Source: a bacterium (GTDB lineage Bacteria > Bacillota > Clostridia > Lachnospirales > Lachnospiraceae). Taken from it: DNA of 64,000 nucleotides. The stretch's first letter is position 1. The number at the start of each line of letters is the position of its first letter. A model generated the notes under the pieces. The model saw nothing but the letters and a program-made list of their open reading frames with translations. It made no database searches and was not told where the DNA came from. The translations under genes were made by a program, and so were the position numbers. Where the stretch lies: assembly GCA_963660835.1 (NCBI GenBank), contig CAVLAA010000002.1:7459-71458 (forward strand). Reading direction: 5' to 3'. Below, in pieces: positions 41,404 through 51,602 of the stretch.

Positions 41404-42624
41404 TTATCTTTGCTTATATGTTGTCAGGAATTCTTCAAGCTTATCCATACATTCCTCAAGAATATTAAGGTTTGGAAGATAAACTATCCTGAAATGGTCC
41501 TGACCCGGCCAGTTAAAGCCTTTTCCGTTTACAACAAGCACACGCTGCTTATGAAGAAAATCAAGTGCAAACTGCTCGTCACTGTGTATATTGAATCTTT
41601 CCTTATCAAGCTTAGGGAAGATATAGAAAGCAGCCTTTGGTTTTACAACGCTTACTCCCGGCATATTTTTCAATCTGTTATAAACATATTCTCTCTGCTC
41701 ATAAATTCTTCCGCCAGGCTGAATATGTCTCTGGCAAAGCTGCCAGCCTCCAAGTGCAGTCTGTACGATAGACTGAGCAGGCACATTTGAACAAAGTCTC
41801 ATATTCGAAAGCATGTTTAAGCCCTCAATATATCCCTTTGCCTTCTTCTTGTTGCCGCTTAAAACCATCCATCCTATTCTGAAGCCGGCTATCATATGTG
41901 ACTTTGAAAGTCCTGAAAACGTAACACAAAATACATCAGGAGATGCAAGAGATGCAATTGAAACATGCTCAAGTCCGTCCATAACAAGCCTGTCATAGAT
42001 TTCATCTGAGAATAGGATAAGTCCAAATTCATCCGCAATATCTGCAATCTGCTGCAATATCTCTCTGGGATAAAGAGCTCCTGTAGGATTGTTCGGATTG
42101 ATGACTACTATAGCCTTTGTCTTATCTGTGATCTTGCTTCTGATATCCTCTATATCAGGATTCCATTCTGACTGTTCATCACAGATATAATGAACTGCCT
42201 TTCCTCCTGAAAGTGTTACACATGCTGTCCACAAAGGATAATCAGGAGCCGGAACCAAAACCTCATCCCCGGAGTCAAGAAGTGCCTGCATAGAAAGGTT
42301 TATAAGCTCACTCACACCATTTCCGGTATATATATCCTTAACACCTACTCCCATAACACCTTTTATCTGACAATACTGCATGATTGCTTTTCTTGCCGAA
42401 AAAAGTCCGCTTGATGCAGAATATCCCTGACAGTCTCTTATATTCATTATCATGTCCTCTATGACTTCATCAGGTGCCGAAAAGCCAAACGGAGCAGGAT
42501 TTCCAATGTTAAGCTTTAAAACATTTTTTCCTTCCTCTTCCATTCTTGCGGCTTCGTCTACAACCGGTCCTCTTACATCATAAAGAACGTTATCCAGCTT
42601 AGATGATTTATCAAATCTCTCCAT
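41404..42624 (-). CDS. Class I/II pyridoxal-phosphate aminotransferase (alanine aminotransferase AlaA-like)
   Basis: KSSKLDNVLYDVRGPV N-terminus like AlaA/YfbQ; SGLSKSHMIAGFRIGW PLP-lysine motif. The start was set at MERFDK, which has a GAGGAGG RBS. Confidence 0.9.
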   Translation of the reverse strand: MERFDKSSKLDNVLYDVRGPVVDEAARMEEEGKNVLKLNIGNPAPFGFSAPDEVIEDMIMNIRDCQGYSASSGLFSARKAIMQYCQIKGVMGVGVKDIYTGNGVSELINLSMQALLDSGDEVLVPAPDYPLWTACVTLSGGKAVHYICDEQSEWNPDIEDIRSKITDKTKAIVVINPNNPTGALYPREILQQIADIADEFGLILFSDEIYDRLVMDGLEHVSIASLASPDVFCVTFSGLSKSHMIAGFRIGWMVLSGNKKKAKGYIEGLNMLSNMRLCSNVPAQSIVQTALGGWQLCQRHIQPGGRIYEQREYVYNRLKNMPGVSVVKPKAAFYIFPKLDKERFNIHSDEQFALDFLHKQRVLVVNGKGFNWPGQDHFRIVYLPNLNILEECMDKLEEFLTTYKQR

Positions 42625-42640
42625 AATATCCTCCTCATCA

Positions 42641-43090
42641 TCACTCAAGGAATTTTTTCAGCTCATCCATGAATGTATTTACATCTTTAAACTCACGATA
42701 GACAGAAGCAAATCTTACATAAGCAACCGGATCTACATTTTTGAGATTGTTCATAACAAGTTCACCTATTACCGTGCTTTCTATTTCCTTCTCCTCGCGG
42801 TTAAATATTTCTACCTCAACCTTATCAACCAAAGCATTTATATCATCTACAGAAACAGGTCTTTTATGGCACGCTCGAAGCACTCCCGCCTCGATCTTTG
42901 CTCTGTCATACCGCTCTCTGTTCATATCCTTTTTGATGACAATGAGTGGGATCGTTTCTATTTTTTCATATGTAGTAAATCTGCGTCCGCAGCTGTCACA
43001 CATACGTCTTCTTCTTATTGAATTGCTGTCCTCTACAGGCCTTGAATCTACAACTCTGGTATCTTCACTATTGCAAAACGGACATCTCAT
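42641..43090 (-). CDS. nrdR: Transcriptional repressor NrdR
   Basis: [17 protein letters not shown]...[12 protein letters not shown] zinc ribbon plus ATP-cone. Confidence 0.95.
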   Translation of the reverse strand: MRCPFCNSEDTRVVDSRPVEDSNSIRRRRMCDSCGRRFTTYEKIETIPLIVIKKDMNRERYDRAKIEAGVLRACHKRPVSVDDINALVDKVEVEIFNREEKEIESTVIGELVMNNLKNVDPVAYVRFASVYREFKDVNTFMDELKKFLE

Positions 43091-43109
43091 ATGATATCTC
43101 CTCCACTTA

Positions 43110-44498
43110 TCATGCAAATGCAGATGCAACACCAAATGATATGGCTGCCATTATTATTCCCGCCATGAGGACTCCGAGCATAACTGCTACAACGCTCTTC
43201 TTAAATCCCATATCAAGAATACTTGCGGCAAGAGTTCCTGTCCATGCTCCGGTTCCCGGAAGCGGAACTCCTACAAATACCAAAAGTGCAAGGAATATTC
43301 CCTGTCCTGCTTTTGACTTAAGCTTTCTTCCGCCTGATTCTCCCTTTGTAAGGCAGAAGTTAAAGAATTTTCCTATAACAGGCTTGTCACTTCCCCAAAC
43401 AAGGACCTTTCTCGCAAATAAATATATGAAGGCAACAGGAACCATGTTTCCGATAACCGCTGTTATATAAACAACTGCCGGTGAAAGTCCGAGTCCGACA
43501 CCGATCGGAATAGCTCCTCTTAATTCAACTATAGGTACCATAGATACCAAAAATGTGATCAAAACATTAGTTAACATACCGTTCCCCGTTCCCTGCTGTG
43601 TACTTATCATCATAGAATACATCGCAAAAATAATAACTATAATTCCTAATACGATCCTGTAATATCCAAAAACCTTGAAATCATGCTTAGCAACGAAATC
43701 CATAAGGAATCTTATAGCAAACATCGAGATAATAAATGCAACTGCCATTCCGACGATAAGGCAGATAGCTTCCTCTCCTGTAAAGCTGAATCCGAATTTT
43801 AGAAGCTTAATACCGGAAGCCCCGATCATTGCCGGGATTGCCAGGAAAAATGAATACTCAGCTGCACATACTCTTGAAAGCCCAATGATAAGTGCTCCTA
43901 CAATAGTAGCACCTGATCTTGAAGTTCCCGGAAGCAATGCAAGTGCCTGAAAGCAGCCTATTATAAATGCATCTCTCCAGGTTATCATTGATGTACGGCG
44001 TACTCTGGCCTTTTTATGCTTATTTTTATTTTCTATGATTATAAATATAACACCATATATTATAAGCATTACCGCAACCGGGATCGGTGCATGCATATGA
44101 GCCTCGAACCAATCATCAAAAAGCACTCCGACAATAAGTGCCGGTATTGATGAAACAACTATCTTGAGCCAGAGGACTATTTTGTCCATATAAAGGTAAT
44201 TATTTGCGAATCTCTGGCATTTTCCGACAGCTCCTGTACTTGTCGGATTTGCAAACCACTGTCTGTCCGCTTTTTTTCTTGTATGAAACGGCCAAAGCTT
44301 ATTGAAAAATATAACTATAACGGCCAGTATCGCTCCAAGCTGTATCACAACGTCAAACATCTCGATAAATTCGGCAGACAGATCCGGTTGAAGGATGTTT
44401 CTGACAAGAATAAGATGTCCTGTGCTGCTTATCGGCAGCCATTCGGTGATTCCTTCAACTATTCCAAGAATGATCACCTTTATAAGATTCAAAATCAT
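43110..44498 (-). CDS. uppP: Undecaprenyl-diphosphatase (UppP/BacA, about 43578-44498) fused in frame to a small membrane domain resembling the small multidrug export protein family (COG2426-like, about 43110-43577)
   Basis: BacA motifs [14 protein letters not shown] and [10 protein letters not shown]. After a QQGTGNG linker comes a 155-aa domain with [10 protein letters not shown] and [12 protein letters not shown]. There is no stop codon between the two parts. Confidence 0.85.
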   Translation of the reverse strand: MILNLIKVIILGIVEGITEWLPISSTGHLILVRNILQPDLSAEFIEMFDVVIQLGAILAVIVIFFNKLWPFHTRKKADRQWFANPTSTGAVGKCQRFANNYLYMDKIVLWLKIVVSSIPALIVGVLFDDWFEAHMHAPIPVAVMLIIYGVIFIIIENKNKHKKARVRRTSMITWRDAFIIGCFQALALLPGTSRSGATIVGALIIGLSRVCAAEYSFFLAIPAMIGASGIKLLKFGFSFTGEEAICLIVGMAVAFIISMFAIRFLMDFVAKHDFKVFGYYRIVLGIIVIIFAMYSMMISTQQGTGNGMLTNVLITFLVSMVPIVELRGAIPIGVGLGLSPAVVYITAVIGNMVPVAFIYLFARKVLVWGSDKPVIGKFFNFCLTKGESGGRKLKSKAGQGIFLALLVFVGVPLPGTGAWTGTLAASILDMGFKKSVVAVMLGVLMAGIIMAAISFGVASAFA

Positions 44499-44613
44499 GA
44501 TGAAATTATCTCCCTAAAATCATTCGCAATATGCTCACGCTTTGCCTGTATCAATTTACAAATTTATCATGAATGTATTTATATTGCAAGATAGACAGCT
44601 CTATGTTGCATAA

Positions 44614-46401
44614 TTACTGCTCGTTTATTTTTTCGGCAAGCTCATTCAGATATACCCATCTTTCGGTTTTTTCATCCAGCAGGCTTTCTTTTTCTTCCTT
44701 CTCCTTTGTAAGCTCAGCAAGCTTTGGATAATCGGATGCATTTTTTACCATGAGGTCATCTATCTGAGCGATCCTTTCCTCAAGCGAGGCTATTACTTCA
44801 TCTATGGTTTCAAATTCCTTTTGCTCGGCATATGTAAATTTCAGCTTTTTTTCTCTCGGAGGTCTGTATCCCTTTGGCTTTTTTTCTGTTTTTTTGCCTG
44901 ATTCCTCATTAAATGAATCCTTCATCAGTTCATAATATTCAGAATATCCGCCTTCAAACTGTCTGATCCTTCCTCCGGGCTCATATGCAAAGATTCTCCT
45001 TGCGATCCTGTCAAGAAAATATCTGTCATGAGAAACAGTTATAACTATTCCCTGAAATGAATCCAGATAATCCTCAAGTATTGTAAGCGTTCTGATGTCG
45101 AGGTCATTTGTAGGCTCATCAAGTATCAGGACATTTGGCGCTCCTATGAGCACATGCAAAAGATAAAGTCTTCTCTTTTCTCCTCCTGAAAGCTTTTCTA
45201 TCCTTGTCCACTGTCTTGTTCCATCAAACAAAAACCTTTCCATAAGTGCAGATGCCGACAGCTTTCCATCAGGAGTGTTGATATATTCGGCTACATCCCT
45301 GATATACTGTATTGCAAGCTGCGATTCATCCATATATTCATTTTCCTGTGAAAAATATCCAACAGAAACCGTTGACCCCATCTCTATGCTTCCCGAATCC
45401 GGCTTCAAAACTCCTGTTATTATCTTTAACAGTGTGCTTTTTCCGCATCCGTTCGGACCTACTATGCCTATCCTGTCATTTTTCAAGAAGAAATATGTAA
45501 AATCATCTATCAGCCTTTTATCTCCGAAGCTTTTTGATATATTTGATATTTCAATTGTTTTCTTTCCCATCCTTTGGCTTACAGAATTCATTACAAGCTC
45601 TGCATCCTCTTCGATCGGCTTTGCATTTTGCATATCTTCTATTCTCTGGATATGCGCTTTTTGCTTCGTTGACCTTGCCCGTGCTCCTCTTGCAAGCCAC
45701 TTCAGCTCTGTCCTTAATATGCTTTGCCTTTTTCTTTCACTGGCTTTGGCAATATCCAGCCTCTCCTGCCTAAGCTCAACATATTTGCTGTAGCTTCCCG
45801 GATAACTGTAAAGGCTGCCATTATCCACCTCAACTATCCTTGTTGCTATGCGGTCAAGAAAATATCTGTCATGAGTTACCATAATGATGGAGCCTCTGAA
45901 ATTAATAAGGTAATTTTCAAGCCATTCAGACATTCTGCTGTCCAAATGGTTCGTAGGCTCATCAAGTATCAGCACATCTACCGGCTGAAGCAAAATATTT
46001 ATAAGAGCTACTCTCTTCTTCTGGCCTCCCGAAAGCTCTGTTATCTTTTGATCATATTCCTTTATATCCAGCTTCTGAAGCATTGCTTTTGCTTCACTTA
46101 CTGCCGACATATAATCCGAGCTTTCAGATATATTTCTTACAACTGCTGTAAGAACCGTATCGTTTTCTTCAAATACCGGATTTTGAGGCAGATATCCGAT
46201 CTTGATATTTCCGCCTTTTATAACCTGTCCGTCATCCGGCTCCTCTGCTCCTGCGATGATCTTAAGCAATGTGGATTTGCCCATTCCATTGACACCTACA
46301 ACTCCAACCTTTTCTCCGTCAGATAAAGAAAACGACACATTTTCAAGCAAAACCCTTTCAGTATATGCTTTTGTAATATTTTCAGCTGTTAATATATTCA
46401 C
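44614..46401 (-). CDS. ABC-F family ATPase with C-terminal coiled-coil (Uup-like)
   Basis: Two ABC cassettes (GVNGMGKST / GPNGCGKST; LSGGQKKR / LSGGEKRR), no TM domain. GTG start with an AGGAGAA RBS. Confidence 0.92.
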   Translation of the reverse strand: MNILTAENITKAYTERVLLENVSFSLSDGEKVGVVGVNGMGKSTLLKIIAGAEEPDDGQVIKGGNIKIGYLPQNPVFEENDTVLTAVVRNISESSDYMSAVSEAKAMLQKLDIKEYDQKITELSGGQKKRVALINILLQPVDVLILDEPTNHLDSRMSEWLENYLINFRGSIIMVTHDRYFLDRIATRIVEVDNGSLYSYPGSYSKYVELRQERLDIAKASERKRQSILRTELKWLARGARARSTKQKAHIQRIEDMQNAKPIEEDAELVMNSVSQRMGKKTIEISNISKSFGDKRLIDDFTYFFLKNDRIGIVGPNGCGKSTLLKIITGVLKPDSGSIEMGSTVSVGYFSQENEYMDESQLAIQYIRDVAEYINTPDGKLSASALMERFLFDGTRQWTRIEKLSGGEKRRLYLLHVLIGAPNVLILDEPTNDLDIRTLTILEDYLDSFQGIVITVSHDRYFLDRIARRIFAYEPGGRIRQFEGGYSEYYELMKDSFNEESGKKTEKKPKGYRPPREKKLKFTYAEQKEFETIDEVIASLEERIAQIDDLMVKNASDYPKLAELTKEKEEKESLLDEKTERWVYLNELAEKINEQ

Positions 46402-46507
46402 TATAACTTCTCCTGTATGATATAAAGACCTGCTCTGATTTCCCGTACATTATAATGCAGGCTGCAAAATTATTCTACTTAACCTTTGAAAATGTGCCAC
46501 AAAACAG

Positions 46508-46548
46508 TAAAAGGCTCAAAATGTCCTTTTGGTGAACCTTTTGAGCCT
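46508..46548 (-). terminator. Terminator downstream of the TIM-barrel gene 46575-47573
   Basis: AGGCTCAAAA / TTTTGAGCCT stem followed by TTTACTGTTTT on the reverse strand. Confidence 0.6.
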
Positions 46549-46574
46549 GTATATTTTCTATTATCCTCTTAATA

Positions 46575-47573
46575 TCACTTAAGCATAGTCTCATGCAAAA
46601 ATGCTGCTGATTTCTGGATCGCAACAAGGTTATTAGGCATAAGCGGATCCTCTACCTCAATAGAAACAGGTCCGTGATAGTCGCCCTCTGCAAGTGTTGC
46701 AAAGAATGTCTTCCACCATAAAGCATCATGGCCATATCCTACTGCTACATAGTTCCATGAACGATTTACAGCCGGTCCGTTATATGCTCCCTGCTCATAG
46801 CAGTCAAGCCCCTTGATGTGCTCATTGATACGTGAATCCTTGCCGTGAACATGATATACCGCCTTCTTCTCGCAGAGTTTTCTTGCCATAGCAAGAGGAT
46901 CTCCGCCCATAAAGAATACATGGCTTGGATCAAGATTAAGTCCTATTATATCTCCGACTGCCTCACGAAGCTTAAGGACTGTAGGAACATTGTAAACAAG
47001 GTTCATTGGATGATTCTCAAGTGCGATCGTCTCTACACCGCATGATTTTGCAAGATCGGCTGCTTTTGACCAGAAGTCAATTGCAACATCCCACTGATAT
47101 TTGAGTACATCTTCCATTTCCGGCGGAAATGTATGGATAACCCAGTTCAGTGTCTCATCATTAGGGCTTCCGGCCGGAAGACCTGACTGTGAAACGATAT
47201 GCTTAACTCCCAAAAGCTCTGCTAAGCGAAATGTATTCATAACATCCGGTCCGTGGCTTGCCCAACGCTCACCGGGTCCCAGTGCATTTGCTGAACAGTT
47301 GAGTGCATAGAGTTCAAGTCCGCGGCTTTCTATCGCATTCATGAAATCACGGCGTGCTCCTGCATCATGAAGAAGCTTCTCCATATCAAGATGCGGTGCA
47401 CAGGAATATCCGCCTGTTGCGATTTCAAGTACCTGGATTCCCATCTTAACAGCCTCATCAAGAACCTGCTCAAACGGCATATCCGGCAATCCGTCTGTAA
47501 AAAGACCAAGCTTCATAGGATTAGGATTAAATGATGCCACCGGCATATCAAAATCTTTTGGATCAATGCTCAT
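46575..47573 (-). CDS. Xylose-isomerase-like TIM-barrel protein (sugar phosphate isomerase/epimerase family)
   Basis: Family-typical ALENHP...GLNLDPSH...YHVHGKD metal-site pattern. Confidence 0.85.
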   Translation of the reverse strand: MSIDPKDFDMPVASFNPNPMKLGLFTDGLPDMPFEQVLDEAVKMGIQVLEIATGGYSCAPHLDMEKLLHDAGARRDFMNAIESRGLELYALNCSANALGPGERWASHGPDVMNTFRLAELLGVKHIVSQSGLPAGSPNDETLNWVIHTFPPEMEDVLKYQWDVAIDFWSKAADLAKSCGVETIALENHPMNLVYNVPTVLKLREAVGDIIGLNLDPSHVFFMGGDPLAMARKLCEKKAVYHVHGKDSRINEHIKGLDCYEQGAYNGPAVNRSWNYVAVGYGHDALWWKTFFATLAEGDYHGPVSIEVEDPLMPNNLVAIQKSAAFLHETMLK

Positions 47574-47606
47574 ATTTATTCTCCTCTATATTCTTTATAT
47601 TTAAAA

Positions 47607-48764
47607 TTAATACTCTACCCATGCTGAATCCTTAGCAGCTGACTCAACACATTTTTCTACCCATTTAACACCAAGAACACCTGCATGGATTCCCGGATAC
47701 CAGAAATCGATTTCCTCACCCTTGTCTGTCTTATCAATAGCCTTTGCAAATTTGGTATAAAGATTGCTCCAGGCCTCAAATAATCCTTCCGGATGTCCTC
47801 CGCCGATACGGTCATCTGCGAGAGCTTCCTCATAAAGATATCCGTTTCCTCTGCTTAAGATCTTCGGAGCTTCTCCCTGAACCTCATATGACAGATAGTT
47901 AGGCTTCTCGGCATCCCAAACAACCGATGCTTTCTCTCCGACTATCCTTATTCTAAATCCGAACTGCTCACCGGCATTTACACCGCTTGACCAGATATAA
48001 GCAATTGCTCCGTTATCATATTCCATGATAGACATTGCATTGTCTTCAAGCATTCTGCCTTCAACAAATGACTGCTTTGTACACATAACTCTCTTGATGT
48101 TGATGTCAGGGCAGATAACCTCTGATAAATAGAGCATATGAGTTCCTACGTCACCCATTGAGAATGCCGGGCCTGCTTTCTTAGGATCAACTCTCCATGC
48201 CTGTGATTCTGATTTTTTCTCTACCGCGATATTGTTTCCACCATGAGCAAACTGCATATTGATGATCCTGATCTTTCCAAGGTCACCTCTTGCTACAAGC
48301 TGTCTTGCTTCCTCGATCATCTGATGTCCGGCATATCCATAAGAAATGAACATTACTTTTCCGCTCTTCTTAGCTACCTTCTCAAGCTCTTCCGCCTCCT
48401 CATATGTGAAGCAAAGAGGCTTTTCACAATAAACATGAAGTCCTGCTTCAAGCGCAGCCTTAGCTATTTCATAATGCGTAAAGTTAGGAGTAGCAATAGA
48501 TACAGCCTGTACTCCGTCCTCACGCTTTGCTTCCTCTTCAAACATAACCTTGTAGTTAGGATAGCAGCGCTCAGGTGCTACATGAAGATTTGCTCCAAAT
48601 GCCTTTCCACGCTCAGGATCTATATCAAATGCACCTGCAACAAGATCAAAGTTAAAATCTCTAAGTGCTGCCGAACGATGGATATATCCGATCTGGCTGC
48701 CTATTCCGCCGCCAACCATACCCCAACGTATAGGTTTATCTACATTTTTTTCACCGTAAATCAT
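47607..48764 (-). CDS. Gfo/Idh/MocA-family NAD(P)-dependent oxidoreductase
   Basis: IRWGMVGGGIGSQIGYIHR Rossmann motif and CEKPL motif. ATG at 48764 has AAAGGAGAA 8 nt upstream. Confidence 0.88.
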   Translation of the reverse strand: MIYGEKNVDKPIRWGMVGGGIGSQIGYIHRSAALRDFNFDLVAGAFDIDPERGKAFGANLHVAPERCYPNYKVMFEEEAKREDGVQAVSIATPNFTHYEIAKAALEAGLHVYCEKPLCFTYEEAEELEKVAKKSGKVMFISYGYAGHQMIEEARQLVARGDLGKIRIINMQFAHGGNNIAVEKKSESQAWRVDPKKAGPAFSMGDVGTHMLYLSEVICPDINIKRVMCTKQSFVEGRMLEDNAMSIMEYDNGAIAYIWSSGVNAGEQFGFRIRIVGEKASVVWDAEKPNYLSYEVQGEAPKILSRGNGYLYEEALADDRIGGGHPEGLFEAWSNLYTKFAKAIDKTDKGEEIDFWYPGIHAGVLGVKWVEKCVESAAKDSAWVEY

Positions 48765-48819
48765 AATCAATTCTCCTTTATATTATTTATTAAATTTCTA
48801 AAATCCTTACCCTTATGGA

Positions 48820-50205
48820 TTAAAGTTCTCCTCTTGCTTCACGTTCGGCAAGTTCCTTCATAATAGCCGGATACTGTTTTTCAAGCTTATGGAAAAGCAA
48901 AATAACTGCTGTGATCCCCCATACAATGATCGGTCCCCATACAAACAATGCACTGATAGTGCTAAGTGTGGATGCTGACTGGATCTCTGACATTCCGCTG
49001 TAGCCTGCTCCGCTTAGTATCCATCCAAAGGCTGCACTCATAAGACCACTTCCAAGCTTCGATCCTACTGAAGCTGCGGAATAGATAAGTCCTTCAAGTC
49101 TGAGGTGTGTTTTATACTGCCCGTACTCAACCGAGTCAGCGATAAATGAGAATACAACTCCCATAAGCGGTGCCTGTCCGATACCTCTGCAGATACATGA
49201 TACTATCGCAAGAGTGAAGCTTCCGTCATAAAATACCAATCCTATCTGGCCAACCATACATATGACTGCACCTGCAAGAGCAAGATTTCGTTTACTTACC
49301 TTTTTAAGTGCCAAAGGAATGAAGAACGTAAGTGCTATACAAGGAATCTGCTCTGCAAGATACAAAGGACTTGTAAGAAGGCTATCACCCAAGATCCATT
49401 TGCTGTAATAGCTGAGGCTTGTTCCCGAAAGTGTCATATAAACCGAAAGCATTGCCCAAAGAAGAAGTCCAAGTGCCCAATATTTATTTTTAAATAAGGC
49501 CTTAAGACTCTGTCCTATAGGGAGCTTTGAATCCTGCTGATTTGAAACAGTAACGCGCTCTTTAGTATTGAAGAAGCAGAATAATAAAAGTCCAAGTGCA
49601 ATGATCGCGTATATAACTGCTGCAATTATCCATGCTCTCTGATCATCGCCCAGAATTTTTACGAGCGGCAATGTTACAGATGTTGCAAGAATACGTCCAA
49701 ATGGTGAAAGAGCCATACGAATCGCATTGATCGATCCTCTTTCATATTGGTTACGTGTCATAAGAGCAGCAAGTGAAGAATACGGAAGGTTAAGTGCTGT
49801 ATAACATACTGTCTGAATAAAGTTATAAGTTATAAAAATGTAAATCGCCTTTACCATATCGCTTCCTGCAGGAACAGTAAAAAGCAATACACAGCCTATT
49901 GCATATGGTATACTTGCCCACAATACCCACGGACGGGCTTTTCCGTATTTTGATTTTGTACGGTCAACGATAAGCCCCATGATAACGTCTGAAACTCCAT
50001 CGAAAAATCGCGAGATCAAAATGATAAGACCAACCATACCAATTGAAACACCGATATAATCAGTATAGAAAAATGACAAAAGGCTGGACGTCAGACCTAC
50101 AACAATGTTGCAGGATGTATCTCCTAATCCGTAGGCGATCTTTTCTCTCATTGAGATCTTGACATCACCTGCCAGAGAGCTATTCTGTGTGTTTTTATCT
50201 GACAT
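48820..50205 (-). CDS. GPH-family glycoside/cation symporter
   Basis: 12 TM segments and the GPH signature LISRFFDGVSDVIMG. Confidence 0.88.
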   Translation of the reverse strand: MSDKNTQNSSLAGDVKISMREKIAYGLGDTSCNIVVGLTSSLLSFFYTDYIGVSIGMVGLIILISRFFDGVSDVIMGLIVDRTKSKYGKARPWVLWASIPYAIGCVLLFTVPAGSDMVKAIYIFITYNFIQTVCYTALNLPYSSLAALMTRNQYERGSINAIRMALSPFGRILATSVTLPLVKILGDDQRAWIIAAVIYAIIALGLLLFCFFNTKERVTVSNQQDSKLPIGQSLKALFKNKYWALGLLLWAMLSVYMTLSGTSLSYYSKWILGDSLLTSPLYLAEQIPCIALTFFIPLALKKVSKRNLALAGAVICMVGQIGLVFYDGSFTLAIVSCICRGIGQAPLMGVVFSFIADSVEYGQYKTHLRLEGLIYSAASVGSKLGSGLMSAAFGWILSGAGYSGMSEIQSASTLSTISALFVWGPIIVWGITAVILLFHKLEKQYPAIMKELAEREARGEL

Positions 50206-50531
50206 ATTTTTTCCCTCTTTATTTCTGTTTATTGATAATTCTTTAAAGCTTACAGAACCGGTTCCTGTATTTGATGATATAACTATAATTCAGGTCCTTA
50301 GATGTTTCGAGAATTAAACAACATCATTTTAGCACAAAATAACGATTGCGGATTTTTTCGCTTTTTTACATAATTTTAAGATTTGTTTTTTGTATGATTT
50401 TAAGGAACAATCTATTAATTTACGATTATTGAGCTTTTATCTAAATTTAGCAATCGGACATAAAAAAAAGAGTCTTTGTACTTTTTTACACTTTAATAGC
50501 ACAAAACTCTTTTTTATAAGTCTTATTTCAT

Positions 50532-51443
50532 TTATATCTTGCTCGGAGAGCATCCTATTATCTTTTTAAACATACGCGAAAAATAGTTAAGGTCATAAAT
50601 ACCTACATATTCCGCTGCCTCCTTTATGCTCATGTGGCTTTTTCCGAGACATTCACAGGCATGTATCATGCGGAGCCTGTTAATATATTGTATAGGAGAA
50701 AGCCCCGTGTAATCCTTAAACAGTTTCCTTAGATAATTCGGTGTAAATGCATATTTTTCGGCTGTTTCTTCTATATCAAATGCTTCAGCCAGATTTTCTT
50801 CTATCCCACCTAATATTTCTGCAATTATCCTCTGGCTTCCTGCTGTTCCTGCATTGATCTTATTATTTTGAAATTCTTTTTTCTTTTGCACCTCGATCAA
50901 AATAAGCTCAACATATCTTCTTTTTATTATCTCAAAATCGCTGCCGGCTTCATTTTGCTCCTTTATAGCACGATCTATAAGCGAAACTATAAATCTCATA
51001 TCACCCGGATTCAAATGTATAACTCCCTGCTTACTATTGTTCACTTCATAGCCGGGCAGCTTTTTTGCATGCATGCTTTCTCTTTGAACTATCGTTGCCA
51101 TGTCAAGAGATTCTTTTTTTTGTTCTTCCTTTGTGGATTCTGTCTTTATTATCCTCTGCACGTCCTTGCTGAGCATTTCAGGAATAAACTGACAGTTATA
51201 TAGAGAGATCTCACCACAAAGAGCATATCCATGTGCTTCATGTGCCGGTATCATTACAGCATCTCCCGGTATCAAAAGAGTTTCAACCCCATGAAACACA
51301 TGTCTGCACGAACCCTTGCTCACAAGCATAAGCTCATAATAATCATGGCAATGCATATCTACAGACCATGAATCGTTCCATCTTTCTACTGCCACACCCG
51401 AATCATCACGACATATCATGTCTAAATAAGGATATTTTTCCAT
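50532..51443 (-). CDS. AraC-family transcriptional regulator (cupin plus HTH)
   Basis: Cupin HCHDYYELMLV and C-terminal HTH FTPNYLRKLFKDYTGLSPIQYINRLRM. The start was set at MEKYPYLD, which has GGTGGAG upstream. Confidence 0.85.
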   Translation of the reverse strand: MEKYPYLDMICRDDSGVAVERWNDSWSVDMHCHDYYELMLVSKGSCRHVFHGVETLLIPGDAVMIPAHEAHGYALCGEISLYNCQFIPEMLSKDVQRIIKTESTKEEQKKESLDMATIVQRESMHAKKLPGYEVNNSKQGVIHLNPGDMRFIVSLIDRAIKEQNEAGSDFEIIKRRYVELILIEVQKKKEFQNNKINAGTAGSQRIIAEILGGIEENLAEAFDIEETAEKYAFTPNYLRKLFKDYTGLSPIQYINRLRMIHACECLGKSHMSIKEAAEYVGIYDLNYFSRMFKKIIGCSPSKI

Positions 51444-51549
51444 TACATCTCCACCTTTTTTTATGCCTCTTAGTTCATTGATTTTTTCATCATAAAGCTT
51501 GTTTTTTTTCTTTCTATATGATAGACTTGCCTGCGGCATAAGTCAAACA

Positions 51550-51592
51550 CGTCAGTTCGAGACCTTCCTGACGCAAAACAAAACTAAAGGAG
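51550..51592 (+). promoter_or_regulatory. preQ1-I riboswitch (translational, SD-sequestering) upstream of queT
   Basis: P1 CGUCAG/CUGACG, loop starting UUC and containing CCUU, A-rich tail CAAAACAAAACUAAAGGAG. Loop CCUU can pair with AAGG of the SD to form the H-type pseudoknot. The downstream gene is queT, the classical preQ1-I context. Confidence 0.8.
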
Positions 51593-51602
51593 AAAATTTA
51601 AT

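Noticed and set aside
45724-46326. 200-aa plus-strand ORF (and several shorter ones at 45275-45793 and 46202-46420) inside the ABC-F gene
   Set aside because: These are antisense to a well-supported ABC-F ATPase. They have implausible composition and no translation signals.
48243-48863. 206-aa plus-strand ORF overlapping the Gfo/Idh/MocA gene and the end of the GPH transporter gene
   Set aside because: It is antisense to two confidently assigned genes and crosses their intergenic spacer. It has no RBS and is low in complexity.
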